Shown here one piece after another: positions 9,569-19,648 of a DNA stretch of 64,000 nt. The stretch lies in NCBI GenBank assembly GCA_001898385.1, contig MKTT01000061.1:22856-86855 (forward strand), read 5' to 3'. Made by a program: the position numbers and the translations under genes. The notes beneath the pieces were generated by a model, which ran no database searches, was not told where the DNA came from, and was given only the letters and a program-made list of their open reading frames with translations. Source of the DNA: Planctomycetales bacterium 71-10 (lineage in GTDB: Bacteria; Planctomycetota; Planctomycetia; Isosphaerales; Isosphaeraceae). Each line of letters opens with the position of its first letter. Within the stretch, counting starts at the first letter, position 1.

Positions 9569-10759
9569 ACCCTCCGAGGGCGCCTCGGCGACCTGGGGGC
9601 TGGGCGTCGCCTGGGGGCTGGGGGCCGGGCCGGGCTGGCGGGCGTCGAGCCACTGGATGACCGCCGGGAAGATCTCGACCGGGGCGTGCTTGCTCCAGAC
9701 GAGGTCGCAATGGCCGTAACGGCCCAGGCTCCCCTGGCCCTCGCCGAAGATCAGCAGGGTCTTGTCGGGGCTCCCCAGCCGTTCGTAGGTCATCCGGGTC
9801 GAGGGGACGTCCGAGATCAGGTCGGATTCGCCGGCCACCATGAGCGTGGGGACGACCACCTCGGGGAGGTGCTCCGCGTAGTCGATGCGGTCGTCGGCCG
9901 AGAGCAGGTGGCCGTGCCGGAGGTACGGGGCGAACTGCCGGAGCGCCGCCGGGCCGGGGTCTTCCAGGGTGTAGCCGTAGAACCGCGAGACGGTGCGGGG
10001 CTCGACGTTCTCGGCCGTGTAGTAGAAGCGGTCCACCTTGTCCATGCCCGGCATGCGGAAGAAGGTGAGGGGGCGGCCCAGCCGGCCGGGGCTGGCGACC
10101 CGGGACAGGGTCTGGATGCCGTTGTTGGCCGCGAGCATCGGCTTCTGGGGCGTGGTCGCCTGGATGATGGTGCTCCCCATGCCGACGAAGTTGGCGATCC
10201 GGTACGGCTCCTTGCTGAGCTGCTGGAAGGGGAACATGACCATCCCCCCCAGGCTGTGGCCGACCCAGTTCACCTGGCGATGGCCCGTCTGGCGTTCGAC
10301 ATGGTCGAGCATCGTCGGCATGTCGTAGCGGACCACGTCGTCGAGGGTCCAACTCGATTCCCCGCGCTCGCGGAATGGGGTCTCGCGAAGGAAGCGGTTG
10401 AACCGGTCGCACGAGCCCAGCCGCGCGTTCTCGCCGGAGGCGCGGAGGTCGAACAGGAAGACCTCGTAGCCGGCCGCGGCGAGCTGCGAGGGGAGGTGGT
10501 CGTCGGTGATGGTCCAGAAGGTGGCGTTGAGCCCCAGCCCGTGGCAGAGGACCACCGGGAGCTTGCCCGGGTCGGGCCGCGCGGGGCGATAGCGCCGGAC
10601 GCCCAGCCGCCAGCCGTCCTCGGTGTAGGCGTACTCGTCCGAGCAGGGCCGCAGGTCGATGGACGCGGCGTTCCGTCGCATGGCGGCGCAGCCGGACAGC
10701 CCGGAGAGGCCGAGGGCCAGGGCGGCGGCCGTCCACTCCCTGCGCGACAGTCGGTGCAT
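9551..10759 (-). CDS. Alpha/beta hydrolase, predicted Tat lipoprotein
   Basis: MHRLSRREW...LSGLSGC (RR plus lipobox); CHGLG oxyanion motif, GHSLGG nucleophile, YGHCDL His. Confidence 0.85.
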   Translation of the reverse strand: MHRLSRREWTAAALALGLSGLSGCAAMRRNAASIDLRPCSDEYAYTEDGWRLGVRRYRPARPDPGKLPVVLCHGLGLNATFWTITDDHLPSQLAAAGYEVFLFDLRASGENARLGSCDRFNRFLRETPFRERGESSWTLDDVVRYDMPTMLDHVERQTGHRQVNWVGHSLGGMVMFPFQQLSKEPYRIANFVGMGSTIIQATTPQKPMLAANNGIQTLSRVASPGRLGRPLTFFRMPGMDKVDRFYYTAENVEPRTVSRFYGYTLEDPGPAALRQFAPYLRHGHLLSADDRIDYAEHLPEVVVPTLMVAGESDLISDVPSTRMTYERLGSPDKTLLIFGEGQGSLGRYGHCDLVWSKHAPVEIFPAVIQWLDARQPGPAPSPQATPSPQVAEAPSEGSPAGQ

Positions 10760-11021
10760 GCGTTTCGGAGTCCTTCCGACGGCGACGAGATCGCGGTCCT
10801 CCCGACCGCGGGGGCGGATTCTAACCCAGGCCCCCCGGCGAGGGAACGCGAGATTGCACCCCCGAGGGCGCGGGGGGCCTCGCCCTCCATAATCGGCCCG
10901 GGAGGACGGGCTTGCGCCTTGAACCTCGCGCGGCGGGGCCGCAAGATCGTGGTGCGGCCCGGCGCGAGTCCGGGGCGGGTGGGAAACCGGCGCCGGGCCC
11001 GGCGTCCAGGGGAGCGCAGTC

Positions 11022-11624
11022 ATGCCTTCGGGAATCTCGGGCGTCCTCATCGTGGCGGGCGTGGTCGTGGCGGCGGTGCTGGGCTGGATCGCCATGGCCT
11101 ACAACGGCCTGGTGGGGCTCCGCAACCGCTACAAGACGGCCTTCAGCCAGATCGACGTCCAGCTCAAGCGGCGGTACGACCTGATCCCCAACCTGATCGA
11201 GACCGCCAAGGGCTACCTGAACCACGAGCGCCAGACGTTGGAGTCGGTGGTGCAGGCGCGGAACTCGGCCCTGGCCGCGAGCCGGACCGCCGCCGCCAAC
11301 CCCGGCGACCCTTCGTCTATGGCCGGCCTGGCCGCGGCCGAGACCCAGCTCAACGGCGTGCTGGGCCGGCTGTTCGCCGTCGCCGAGGCGTACCCGGACC
11401 TGAAGGCGAACCAGACGATGACGGCGCTCCAGCAGGAGCTGAGCAAGACCGAGGACCAGATCGCGGCCTCCCGCCAGGTGTTCAACGAGAGCGTCCGACG
11501 CTACAACACCGCGCGCGAGAGCTTCCCGACGAACCTCGTCGCCGACGCGATGGGCTTCGCCCCGGCCCAGCTCTTCGAACTCGGCTCCGAGAAAGAACGC
11601 GAGGTCCCCGGCGTCTCATTCTGA
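11022..11624 (+). CDS. lemA: LemA family protein
   Basis: N-terminal TM; YNGLV...IDVQLKRRYDLIPNLIE; AEAYPDLKAN; YNTARESFP. Confidence 0.93.
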   Translation: MPSGISGVLIVAGVVVAAVLGWIAMAYNGLVGLRNRYKTAFSQIDVQLKRRYDLIPNLIETAKGYLNHERQTLESVVQARNSALAASRTAAANPGDPSSMAGLAAAETQLNGVLGRLFAVAEAYPDLKANQTMTALQQELSKTEDQIAASRQVFNESVRRYNTARESFPTNLVADAMGFAPAQLFELGSEKEREVPGVSF

Positions 11625-11630
11625 CCGGGC

Positions 11631-11659
11631 TTGCACGATCGGGCCGAGATCCCTATGAT
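11631..11659 (+). promoter_or_regulatory. Sigma70-type promoter for tRNA-Gln
   Basis: TTGCAC-N17-TATGAT ending ~43 bp before the tRNA. Confidence 0.7.
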
Positions 11660-11701
11660 GCGTGGGTCGGGTCGAAAGCGATCCCCGACTCCCGCCTGCC
11701 T

Positions 11702-11772
11702 TGGGGAATGGTGTAACGGTAGCACGACTGACTCTGGATCAGTTAGTCTAGGTTCGAATCCTAGTTCCCCAG
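11702..11772 (+). tRNA. tRNA-Gln (CTG)
   Basis: Acceptor TGGGGAA/TTCCCCA; anticodon arm ACTGA-CTCTGGA-TCAGT; T-loop GGTTCGAATCC; CCA not encoded. Confidence 0.95.
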
Positions 11773-12234
11773 CTTCTTAAGCGATTCGCCCATAACGACT
11801 TGCACTTGCAGTAGTTCCTTCCGGGCGGTCGTGTTTTCCCGGTGGCCATCCGGGTTGCAGATCAGGGGCGAGGGCGACCCCTCCAACCTTTCCTTTGGCC
11901 GCTCGGCTCCAGGGGCGATGACGAGGTCTTCTTCGCGCCCCGGAAAACCCTGGCCGAATCCGCGGCGGGGGGCTTCGGCCCCGCTCCCGAGCGCCGGGCC
12001 GTCTTCCCGCGCGCCGGCCCGCCTGGGGCTCGTTCGCGCGACCGTTCACGTCGCGTCGGGATCGGCCATGAGCCTCCAAGGATTGCGTCGGCGGTCGTCG
12101 GGGAGGACGTCGCGCCGCTACGTCGGCGGAGCCGGGGCGGATCTCCCGATCATTTCGCGGGGTGGGCCGCGGGCCGTCCCATGTGAGAGAATCCGGACGG
12201 AGTCCTTGTCCACCTGCCTGGGAGATTGCGGCCG

Positions 12235-14589
12235 ATGTCGCTGGAGATACCGACGCGCGACGAGTTGTATGTGCGGTATGTGGACCAGTTGCCCTACGAG
12301 CCCTACCCCGTCCAGGACGCCGCGCTGGCGGCCTGGTTCGAGTCCGATCAGGGGGTGCTGGTCTGCGCCCCGACGGGGACGGGCAAGACCCTCATCGCCG
12401 AGGCGGCCCTCTTCGAGGCGCTCCATACGCGGAAGGTCGCCTACTACACGACGCCGCTGATCGCGCTGACGGAGCAGAAGTTCCAGGAGATGCAGGACCG
12501 CGCCGTGGAGTGGGGGTTCCGCCGCGAGGACGTGGGGCTGGTCACCGGCAGCCGCAAGGTCAACCCCGACGCCCCGGTGCTCGTCGTCGTGGCCGAGATC
12601 CTCCTCAACCGCCTGCTCAACCGGGCGGACTTCTCCGACGTGACGGCCTGCGTCATGGACGAGTTCCACAACTTCGCGGAGATCGACCGGGGGATCGTCT
12701 GGGAGCTGTCGCTGGGCATGCTGCCGGCGCACGTCCGCCTGCTCCTGCTCTCGGCGACGGTCGGGAATTCGGCCGAATTCGTCGCCTGGCTGGCGAGGGA
12801 GCACGACCGCAAGATCAGGCTGGTCGAGGGGAACGAGCGCCGGGTGCCGCTGACCTACGAATGGGTGCCCGACCTGTTCCTCAACGAGCAACTCGTCGCG
12901 ATGGCGGTCGGCGACGAGGAAGGTCGCCGGACGCCCGCCCTGGTCTTCTGCTTCGACCGCGAGGAGTGCTGGAGCGTCGCCGAGAACGTCATGGGCAAGG
13001 ACCTCAACCTGTCCGACGAGAAGAAGAAGGAGCTTCACGACCGGGTCAACGCGCTCGACCTCGGCCAGGGGGCCGGCCCCAAGCTCAAGCGATTGCTCCA
13101 CCGCGGGGTCGGCGTCCACCACGCGGGGCTCCTGCCGAAATATCGCCTGGCCGTCGAGGACCTCTTCCAGCGCAAGCTCCTCCCGGTCGTCGTCTGCACC
13201 GAGACCCTGGCGGCCGGGATCAACCTGCCGGCGCGCTCGGTGGTGCTGTCGTCGCTGGTGAAGGGCCCCTTCGGGGCGAAGAAGCTGATCCAGCCCAGCA
13301 TCGCCCACCAGATCTTCGGCCGGGCCGGCCGGCCGCAGTTCGACGACCGGGGCTTCGTCTACGCCCTGGCCCACCCCGACGACGTCGACATCCTGAAGTG
13401 GAAGATCAAGTACGACGCCATCCCCGAGGACACCCGCGACCCGGGCCTGATGAAGGCGAAGAAGGCCCTCAAGAAGAAGAGGCCGAAGCGCCGCGAGACC
13501 GAGCAATACTGGGTCGACGCGCATTTCAACCAACTCCAGGCCGCACCGCCGGGCAAGCTCTACAGCAAGGGGGCGCTCCCCTGGCGGCTGCTGGCCTATC
13601 TGCTGGAGGTCTCGCCGGAAGTCGAGGGCCTCCGCGCCGCGGTCCGCAAGCGCCTGATGGACGACCCGAGGATCGCCGCGGGCGAGAAGGCGCTCGACCG
13701 GATGCTGCTGGCGCTGCACGCCGGCGGTTTCGTGACCCTGAGCCCCGAGCCCCCCGCGCCGCCGGAGGCCGGACAGCCCCCGACGCCCTATGCGCCGGAC
13801 CTGGCTAGGCCGACCCCCGCGCTGGGGAAGCTGCTGGCGTTCCGGAGCATCCATCCCCTCTACGGCGCCTTCCTGATCGAGATGCTGGCCGAGGCCGACG
13901 CCGACGAGCGCGTGCAGGCGATGGAGAGCGCCCTGGAAGTCCCCGGCCCGGTCCGCAAGCGCCTTCGGGTCCCGCTCAAGCTGCTGGACTCGGGCGCCCT
14001 CGCCGCCTCGAAGCTCGACGCCGAGCTGATCCAGCGCGGCCTCATGATCGCGAAGGTCGAAGAGGAAGAGGAGGACGACGACGACGAATGGAAAGAGAGG
14101 CCGCCGGCGTTCGCGGAGAAGCTCCGATCCTATTTCGACCACGCCTACCCCGATGTCGGCGAGGTCCGCACGAATCCGATCTGGTGCGTCGGCGAGTTGG
14201 TCGAGTTCGGCGGCAACTTCAACAAGTTCGTGACCAGCCTCGACCTGACCAAGCAGGAGGGGATCATCTTCCGGCACACTCAGCGGATGATCATGCTCTG
14301 CGGCGAGTTCGATCGGGCCCTCGCCCTGGCCGTCGACCCCGGCCCCTCCGTCCTCGCCTGGCGGGACGAGCTGCGCGACCTGGCCGCGATGCTGATCGAG
14401 AGCTGCCGGGCCGTCGACCCGACCAGCACCGATCAACTGGTCGCGAAGATCGGCGAGCCCGACGTGATCGACGCCGAGGCGGCGAAGCTCGTGGGCGGGG
14501 CGAGCCCGGGGCCGCAAGGGAGCGATGACGAGCCTCCTCCCCCCCTCGTGGGCCGAGATGAGGCCACACCGTTCGGATTCGGGCTTTAG
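12235..14589 (+). CDS. Ski2/HelY-like SF2 DEAD/DEAH-box helicase (DUF3516-type C-terminus)
   Basis: APTGTGKT, MDEFH, LSAT, HHAGL, TETLAAGINLPA, QIFGRAGR. Confidence 0.92.
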   Translation: MSLEIPTRDELYVRYVDQLPYEPYPVQDAALAAWFESDQGVLVCAPTGTGKTLIAEAALFEALHTRKVAYYTTPLIALTEQKFQEMQDRAVEWGFRREDVGLVTGSRKVNPDAPVLVVVAEILLNRLLNRADFSDVTACVMDEFHNFAEIDRGIVWELSLGMLPAHVRLLLLSATVGNSAEFVAWLAREHDRKIRLVEGNERRVPLTYEWVPDLFLNEQLVAMAVGDEEGRRTPALVFCFDREECWSVAENVMGKDLNLSDEKKKELHDRVNALDLGQGAGPKLKRLLHRGVGVHHAGLLPKYRLAVEDLFQRKLLPVVVCTETLAAGINLPARSVVLSSLVKGPFGAKKLIQPSIAHQIFGRAGRPQFDDRGFVYALAHPDDVDILKWKIKYDAIPEDTRDPGLMKAKKALKKKRPKRRETEQYWVDAHFNQLQAAPPGKLYSKGALPWRLLAYLLEVSPEVEGLRAAVRKRLMDDPRIAAGEKALDRMLLALHAGGFVTLSPEPPAPPEAGQPPTPYAPDLARPTPALGKLLAFRSIHPLYGAFLIEMLAEADADERVQAMESALEVPGPVRKRLRVPLKLLDSGALAASKLDAELIQRGLMIAKVEEEEEDDDDEWKERPPAFAEKLRSYFDHAYPDVGEVRTNPIWCVGELVEFGGNFNKFVTSLDLTKQEGIIFRHTQRMIMLCGEFDRALALAVDPGPSVLAWRDELRDLAAMLIESCRAVDPTSTDQLVAKIGEPDVIDAEAAKLVGGASPGPQGSDDEPPPPLVGRDEATPFGFGL

Positions 14590-14713
14590 GCGGCCTGGGC
14601 CGTATCAAGGTGGCCCAGGATCCTCTTTCCCGTCCCCGCTCCCGGCGGGCTGACGGCCCGACACTTTTCTCCGTCGGTTCGAAAGCCCCGGGGAAGGCGT
14701 GACGACGAGCATT

Positions 14714-14757
14714 CTTCTCCCCTGGTGGGAGAAGGTGGCCGAAGGCCGGATGAGGGG
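14714..14757. repeat. Solo REP-like arm
   Basis: CTTCTCCCCTGGTGGGAGAAGGTGGCCGAAGGCCGGATGAGGGG matches the left arm of the ~180-bp elements. Confidence 0.7.
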
Positions 14758-15025
14758 CCCGGTCCGGGATTTCTCCCATCCCTCGGGCGAATTTCGGCCG
14801 CCGCCCTCGGCGGTCGCGGCCTCGGCTCTCGCGCCTGGGTTCGATATGATCGCCGCGATTTGGAACTTCCGAGGCCGGATGTTTCCCAAAAGCTGCAAAA
14901 CTCGAGTTCGAGCCCGATTCCATGCCGATGGATTGCTTCGGTCGGCGATATTGTTAGGATCGTTTCACTTTATGGGCCCTTCGTTCGATCGGGCCCCGGG
15001 TAACGTTACGCCAGGAGGCTCCACC

Positions 15026-15877
15026 ATGTCGTCGACGTCCCGTCGCCTCGCCTTGCTGTTCGTCGCCTCGGTCTCCTCCCTCGCGCTCCCGGCCCGAGCG
15101 GACATCGAATTCGTCGACCAGTTCCGATCCCTCTACAGCACGCAGACGGGCGACGGCGCCACACTGACCCAGGACGGTTACGTCTTCTCCACGAGGCTCT
15201 TCGCCAGCGGCGCGAACGTCTATGATTCGGTGACCATGACCGGGCCCGGGGGCGTCGTCTCGCTCGTCGCCGATCCGTCGGCCCCCGCGGTCTACAGCTA
15301 CGGCTCCGGCCTGTATCCCACCGAGGCGGCGATGGACGCCGACTTCCCGCTCAACACGACCTATGAATATCTCGCGACGAACGCCTCCGGCTCCGACGCG
15401 ACGTCCCTGCCCGTCGATTCGACCGCCTACCCTCAGTCGATCCCGTATCTCGACGGGACGACGTACTCGCGCCTCCAGGGGATGGACGCCGCGGCCAGCT
15501 TCCAGGTCGACTTCAGCCCGTTCACGACCGGGTCCGCCGCCGACGAGTCGTTCATCTTCTTCACCATCTACGACGTCACCCAGGGGTCTTCGGTCTATGA
15601 CGCGGGCCTTCTCCCGCCCACGAGCGGCGGGCTGACGCTCGCGGCCAACACGTTGAAGGCCGGCCACCAGTACACTTACGAACTCATCTTCTCGAACCGC
15701 GACCTGGTCCCGACCGGCGGGACGACCTTCGCCTCGCAGCTCGGCTTCGACTACCGGACCGGCGGGACGTTCACGACCGCGGTCCCCGAACCGGCGTCGT
15801 TCGCCCTGGCCGCCTTCGGCATCGCGAGCGGGCTCCTCTACGGGCGAGGCCGTCGCACCCGCCGCGAGGCCCGTTGA
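15026..15877 (+). CDS. PEP-CTERM sorting domain protein
   Basis: ATG at 15026 after GGAGG; Sec signal ending ...PARA; C-terminal VPEPASFALAAFGIASGLLYGRGRRTRR (PEP, TM, Arg cluster). Confidence 0.88.
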   Translation: MSSTSRRLALLFVASVSSLALPARADIEFVDQFRSLYSTQTGDGATLTQDGYVFSTRLFASGANVYDSVTMTGPGGVVSLVADPSAPAVYSYGSGLYPTEAAMDADFPLNTTYEYLATNASGSDATSLPVDSTAYPQSIPYLDGTTYSRLQGMDAAASFQVDFSPFTTGSAADESFIFFTIYDVTQGSSVYDAGLLPPTSGGLTLAANTLKAGHQYTYELIFSNRDLVPTGGTTFASQLGFDYRTGGTFTTAVPEPASFALAAFGIASGLLYGRGRRTRREAR

Positions 15878-16128
15878 AGGGGCCTCGCCTCGTCGCCCGA
15901 CGCCCTGGATGAGCCGGATGCGAGGCTTGACGCGGGCGTCACGGCGCGAGATCCGAGGAGCTTGGCGGAAACGGGGCCGGCCGCCGGGCCGTCGCCGCCG
16001 CCCTGCGGGCGCGCGGCGGGGCCTTGTCCGCGGGGCCCGCTCGTGATGGAATCGGGAGCGTCCGGTCGCGGCCGAGAGGTCACGGATTCCCGCGCGATCG
16101 CCAGAACGTCGAGGATCGAGAACGCGCC

Positions 16129-17421
16129 ATGCCTCCCCGCAACGTCGTCGTGGCCCAGTCCGGCGGGCCGACCTGCGTCATCAACAACTCGCTGCGGGGG
16201 ATCATCGAGACCGCCCGGCGACGCCCCGACAAGATCGGCAAGGTGTACGGCGGCCGGTTCGGGATCGAGGGGGTGCTGAAGGAGGAACTGATCGACCTCT
16301 CCGCCAGCCCCGCCGAGGAGGTCGCCCTGCTGCGGACCTCGCCGGCCGCGGGGAGCATCGGCACCTGCCGCTACAAGCTGAAGGAGGGGCAGGACCAGGA
16401 CTTCGCCCGCGTCGTCGAGGTCTTCAAGGCCCATGACGTCGGCTACTTCTTCTACATCGGCGGCAACGACTCGCAGGACACCGCTCACAAGGTCAGCGTC
16501 CTGGCGAACGAGCACGGCCTGGACCTGGTGGCCGTCGGCGTGCCGAAGACGATCGACAACGACCTGGGCGACGCCGCGTTCACGCTGCTGGACCACTCGC
16601 CGGGATACGGCTCGGTGGCCCGATACTACGCCCACTACGTCCGGCAGGCGAACGAGGAGAACGCGGGGTCTTGCCCGGCCGACCCGGTCCTGGTGATCCA
16701 GGCGATGGGCCGGAAGATCGGATACATCCCGGCCGCCGCCCGCCTCGCCGACCCTGCGCGGGAGATGCCGCTCCAGATCTACCTGACCGAATCGGGGTTG
16801 AGCCTCCAGCAACTCGGCGAGAACGTCGTCCGCCAGCTCGAATCCGACGGCCGCTGCATCGTCGTGGTGAGCGAGGGCTTCGACGTCGGCGAGGTCGGCA
16901 ACGTCCGCGACAACTTCGGCCACGTCCAGTTCAGCTCCAGCCAGCAGACCGTGGCCCAGGTGGTGGTCAACTACCTGAACACGCTGAAGTTCCCGGTGCC
17001 CGGGAAGGCCCGCGGCCAGGTCCCCGGCACCGACCAGCGGAACGCGATCGCCTACGCCAGCTCGGTCGACCTGGACGAGGCCTACGGCGTCGGCTGCCAC
17101 GCGGTCGAGATCGCGCTGAACGAGGGGAACGGCTGGATGGCCACGATCCTCCGCGACCGCTCCGGCTCGGCCTACAACGTCCGCTACGACAAGGCCCCGC
17201 TCGACAAGGTGGCCAACTCGGAGCGCTTCTTCCCGAAGGAGTGGCTCGCCCCGAACGGGATCGACGTCACCGACGACTTCGTAGAGTATGCCCGGCCGCT
17301 GATCGGCGAGGACTGGGTGAGCGTGCCGACCGTCGCCGGGCTCCCCAGGTTCGCGAGGCTGGCCCAGGTCTTCGCCCCGAAGAAGCTGCCGGAGTACGTC
17401 CCGCAGACCTATCGCAAGTGA
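16129..17421 (+). CDS. pfp: Pyrophosphate-dependent 6-phosphofructokinase
   Basis: AQSGGPT, GGNDS (Asp variant typical of PPi-PFK), PKTIDNDL, MGRKIG, SEG. Confidence 0.88.
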   Translation: MPPRNVVVAQSGGPTCVINNSLRGIIETARRRPDKIGKVYGGRFGIEGVLKEELIDLSASPAEEVALLRTSPAAGSIGTCRYKLKEGQDQDFARVVEVFKAHDVGYFFYIGGNDSQDTAHKVSVLANEHGLDLVAVGVPKTIDNDLGDAAFTLLDHSPGYGSVARYYAHYVRQANEENAGSCPADPVLVIQAMGRKIGYIPAAARLADPAREMPLQIYLTESGLSLQQLGENVVRQLESDGRCIVVVSEGFDVGEVGNVRDNFGHVQFSSSQQTVAQVVVNYLNTLKFPVPGKARGQVPGTDQRNAIAYASSVDLDEAYGVGCHAVEIALNEGNGWMATILRDRSGSAYNVRYDKAPLDKVANSERFFPKEWLAPNGIDVTDDFVEYARPLIGEDWVSVPTVAGLPRFARLAQVFAPKKLPEYVPQTYRK

Positions 17422-17539
17422 GGCCGACGGGGTTCCCCGCCCGGGGGCCGCGCCGCGGCGATGGACCCGGCCGCGCGCCGGGGATAGAATCACGTCCTTG
17501 GACCAACTCTTCCGCCTGAACGATCGGGAATCGAAGCAC

Positions 17540-19006
17540 ATGGCCGCCATCCAACCGACCGCCGACATCGGGCTCGTGGGCCTCGCCGTGATGGGCGAGA
17601 ACCTGGTGCTGAACATGGCCAGCCACGGGTACACGGTGGCCGTCTTCAACCGGACGACCGCGCGGGTCGACGCCTTCCTCGCCGACCGGGCGAAGGGGAA
17701 GACGATCATCGGGACCCATTCGGTCAAGGAGCTGGTGGCCAACCTGAAGCGGCCCCGGAAGATCATGATCATGGTCAAGGCCGGCGCGCCGGTCGACCAG
17801 GTCATCGACGAGCTGGTCCCGCTGCTGGAGCCGGGCGACGTCCTCATCGACGGCGGCAACTCCCACTTCCCCGACTCCACCCGGCGCACGCGGGCGCTGA
17901 AGGAGAAGGGGATCCTGTTCGTCGGCACGGGCGTCTCGGGGGGCGAGGAGGGGGCGCTGAAGGGCCCCTCGATCATGCCGGGCGGCAACCCCGACGCCTG
18001 GCCGCTGGTGAAGCCCATCTTCCAGGACATCGCCGCCAAGGCCCCGGACGGGACCCCTTGCTGCGACTGGGTCGGGCCGGAGGGCGCCGGGCACTACGTC
18101 AAGATGGTGCACAACGGCATCGAGTACGGCGACATGCAGCTCATCTGCGAAGCCTACTTCCTGATGCGCAGGCTGCTGAAGATGGAGCCGCCGGCCCTCC
18201 GCGACGTCTTCGACCGCTGGAACAAGGGCCCGCTGGACAGCTACCTGATCGAGATCACCCGCGACATCCTCGGCCACAAGGACGAGGAGACCGGCAAGGC
18301 GACCGTCGACGTCATCCTCGACGCCGCCGGCCAGAAGGGGACCGGCAAGTGGACCGTGATCTCGGCCTGCGACAACGGCGTCCCCCTGACGCTCATCGCC
18401 GAGGCCGTCTTCGCCCGCGCCCTCTCGGCCCAGAAGGATGAGCGCGTGGCGGCGTCGAAGGTCCTGAAGGTCCACCCGACCTCGTTCAACGGCAACCCCC
18501 AGACGATGGTCGACGACGTGGAGCGGGCCCTCTACGCCAGCAAGATCATCTCCTACGCCCAGGGCTTCGCCCTCATGCGGGCGATGGCCAAGGAGTCGGG
18601 CTGGGAGATCAACAACGGGGCCGTCGCCATGATGTGGCGGGGGGGCTGCATCATCCGGAGCGCCTTCCTCGGCCGCATCAAGGAGGCGTTCGACCGCGAC
18701 CCCAACCTGACGAACCTCCTCATCGACCCGTTCTTCACCCAGGAGGTGAGCCGGGCCGAGGAGAGCTGGCGGCACGTCTGCGCCTCGGCCATCACCCACG
18801 GCGTCCCCGCGCCCGCGATGACCTCGGCCCTCTCGTACTTCGACGGCTATCGCACCGCCGACCTGCCGGCCAACCTGCTCCAGGCCCAGCGCGACTTCTT
18901 CGGCGCCCACACCTACGAGCGGACCGACAAGCCCCGCGGCCAGTTCTTCCACACGAACTGGACGGGCCACGGCGGCACCACCGCCTCCACCACCTACAAC
19001 GTCTGA
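17540..19006 (+). CDS. gnd: 6-phosphogluconate dehydrogenase, NADP-dependent, decarboxylating
   Basis: GLAVMG, NRT, DGGN, GVSGGEEGA, KMVHNGIEYGDMQ, QAQRDFFGAHTY. Confidence 0.97.
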   Translation: MAAIQPTADIGLVGLAVMGENLVLNMASHGYTVAVFNRTTARVDAFLADRAKGKTIIGTHSVKELVANLKRPRKIMIMVKAGAPVDQVIDELVPLLEPGDVLIDGGNSHFPDSTRRTRALKEKGILFVGTGVSGGEEGALKGPSIMPGGNPDAWPLVKPIFQDIAAKAPDGTPCCDWVGPEGAGHYVKMVHNGIEYGDMQLICEAYFLMRRLLKMEPPALRDVFDRWNKGPLDSYLIEITRDILGHKDEETGKATVDVILDAAGQKGTGKWTVISACDNGVPLTLIAEAVFARALSAQKDERVAASKVLKVHPTSFNGNPQTMVDDVERALYASKIISYAQGFALMRAMAKESGWEINNGAVAMMWRGGCIIRSAFLGRIKEAFDRDPNLTNLLIDPFFTQEVSRAEESWRHVCASAITHGVPAPAMTSALSYFDGYRTADLPANLLQAQRDFFGAHTYERTDKPRGQFFHTNWTGHGGTTASTTYNV

Positions 19007-19438
19007 CCTCAACGGCCCGGCCCCGGTCCCCGCGCCGGGGCGAACACGGGGGTGATGCGTCGCGGGCGACGCCTCGCATCATCCCCGGCGAGCCTCCCCC
19101 CGCCGGGCCCCCCCGACCCTCCACGCCTGCACCTCTCTCATCCGTCGCAAGTCGTTTCCTGGGACGCGGTTCACGTCGAGAGCCGGCCGCCGCGGCACGG
19201 CCTCGTGCGCGCTCCTTGCGCGAGTCGACGATCCCTGGAAGGGACGACGGCCGATTTCTCGCGTGAGACAGCGGCCGGAGCGATCGAGGCGACCGCCCGC
19301 CGGACCGCTCCCTTCGGAAAATCCTGTCGCCTGGACGGCCTGGAATCCGTCCTATCTGGTGACGGAGATGAAGGAAACGCACGATACGACGATCGAGGTT
19401 TGGCTCCAGGGCGATTGGCGAGAGACAAGGAGGTCACG

Positions 19439-19648
19439 ATGCTGGTTCTCAGCCGCAAGGCGTTGCAGTCGGTGGTGATCGGGCAGGACGTCAAGATCAC
19501 CGTGATCCGGGTCGAGGGGAATCAGGTCCGGATCGGGATCGAAGCCCCCGGCGACGTCCGCATCCTCCGCGGCGAGCTGGTGGACGAATCCGAGTCGACG
19601 CCGTCCCTCGCGGGCGAACTCCTCGAACTGGCGTCCGCCGCCTCCTGA
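19439..19648 (+). CDS. csrA: Carbon storage regulator CsrA family
   Basis: MLVLSRK...IGQDVKITVIRVEGNQVRIGIEAPGDVRILRGEL; AGGAGG RBS. Confidence 0.92.
   Translation: MLVLSRKALQSVVIGQDVKITVIRVEGNQVRIGIEAPGDVRILRGELVDESESTPSLAGELLELASAAS

Noticed and set aside
11702-11830. tRNA-Gln or tRNA-Gly as integration sites of an island or prophage
   Set aside because: No integrase and no duplicated tRNA 3' end (att) found in the window; the flanking genes are housekeeping.
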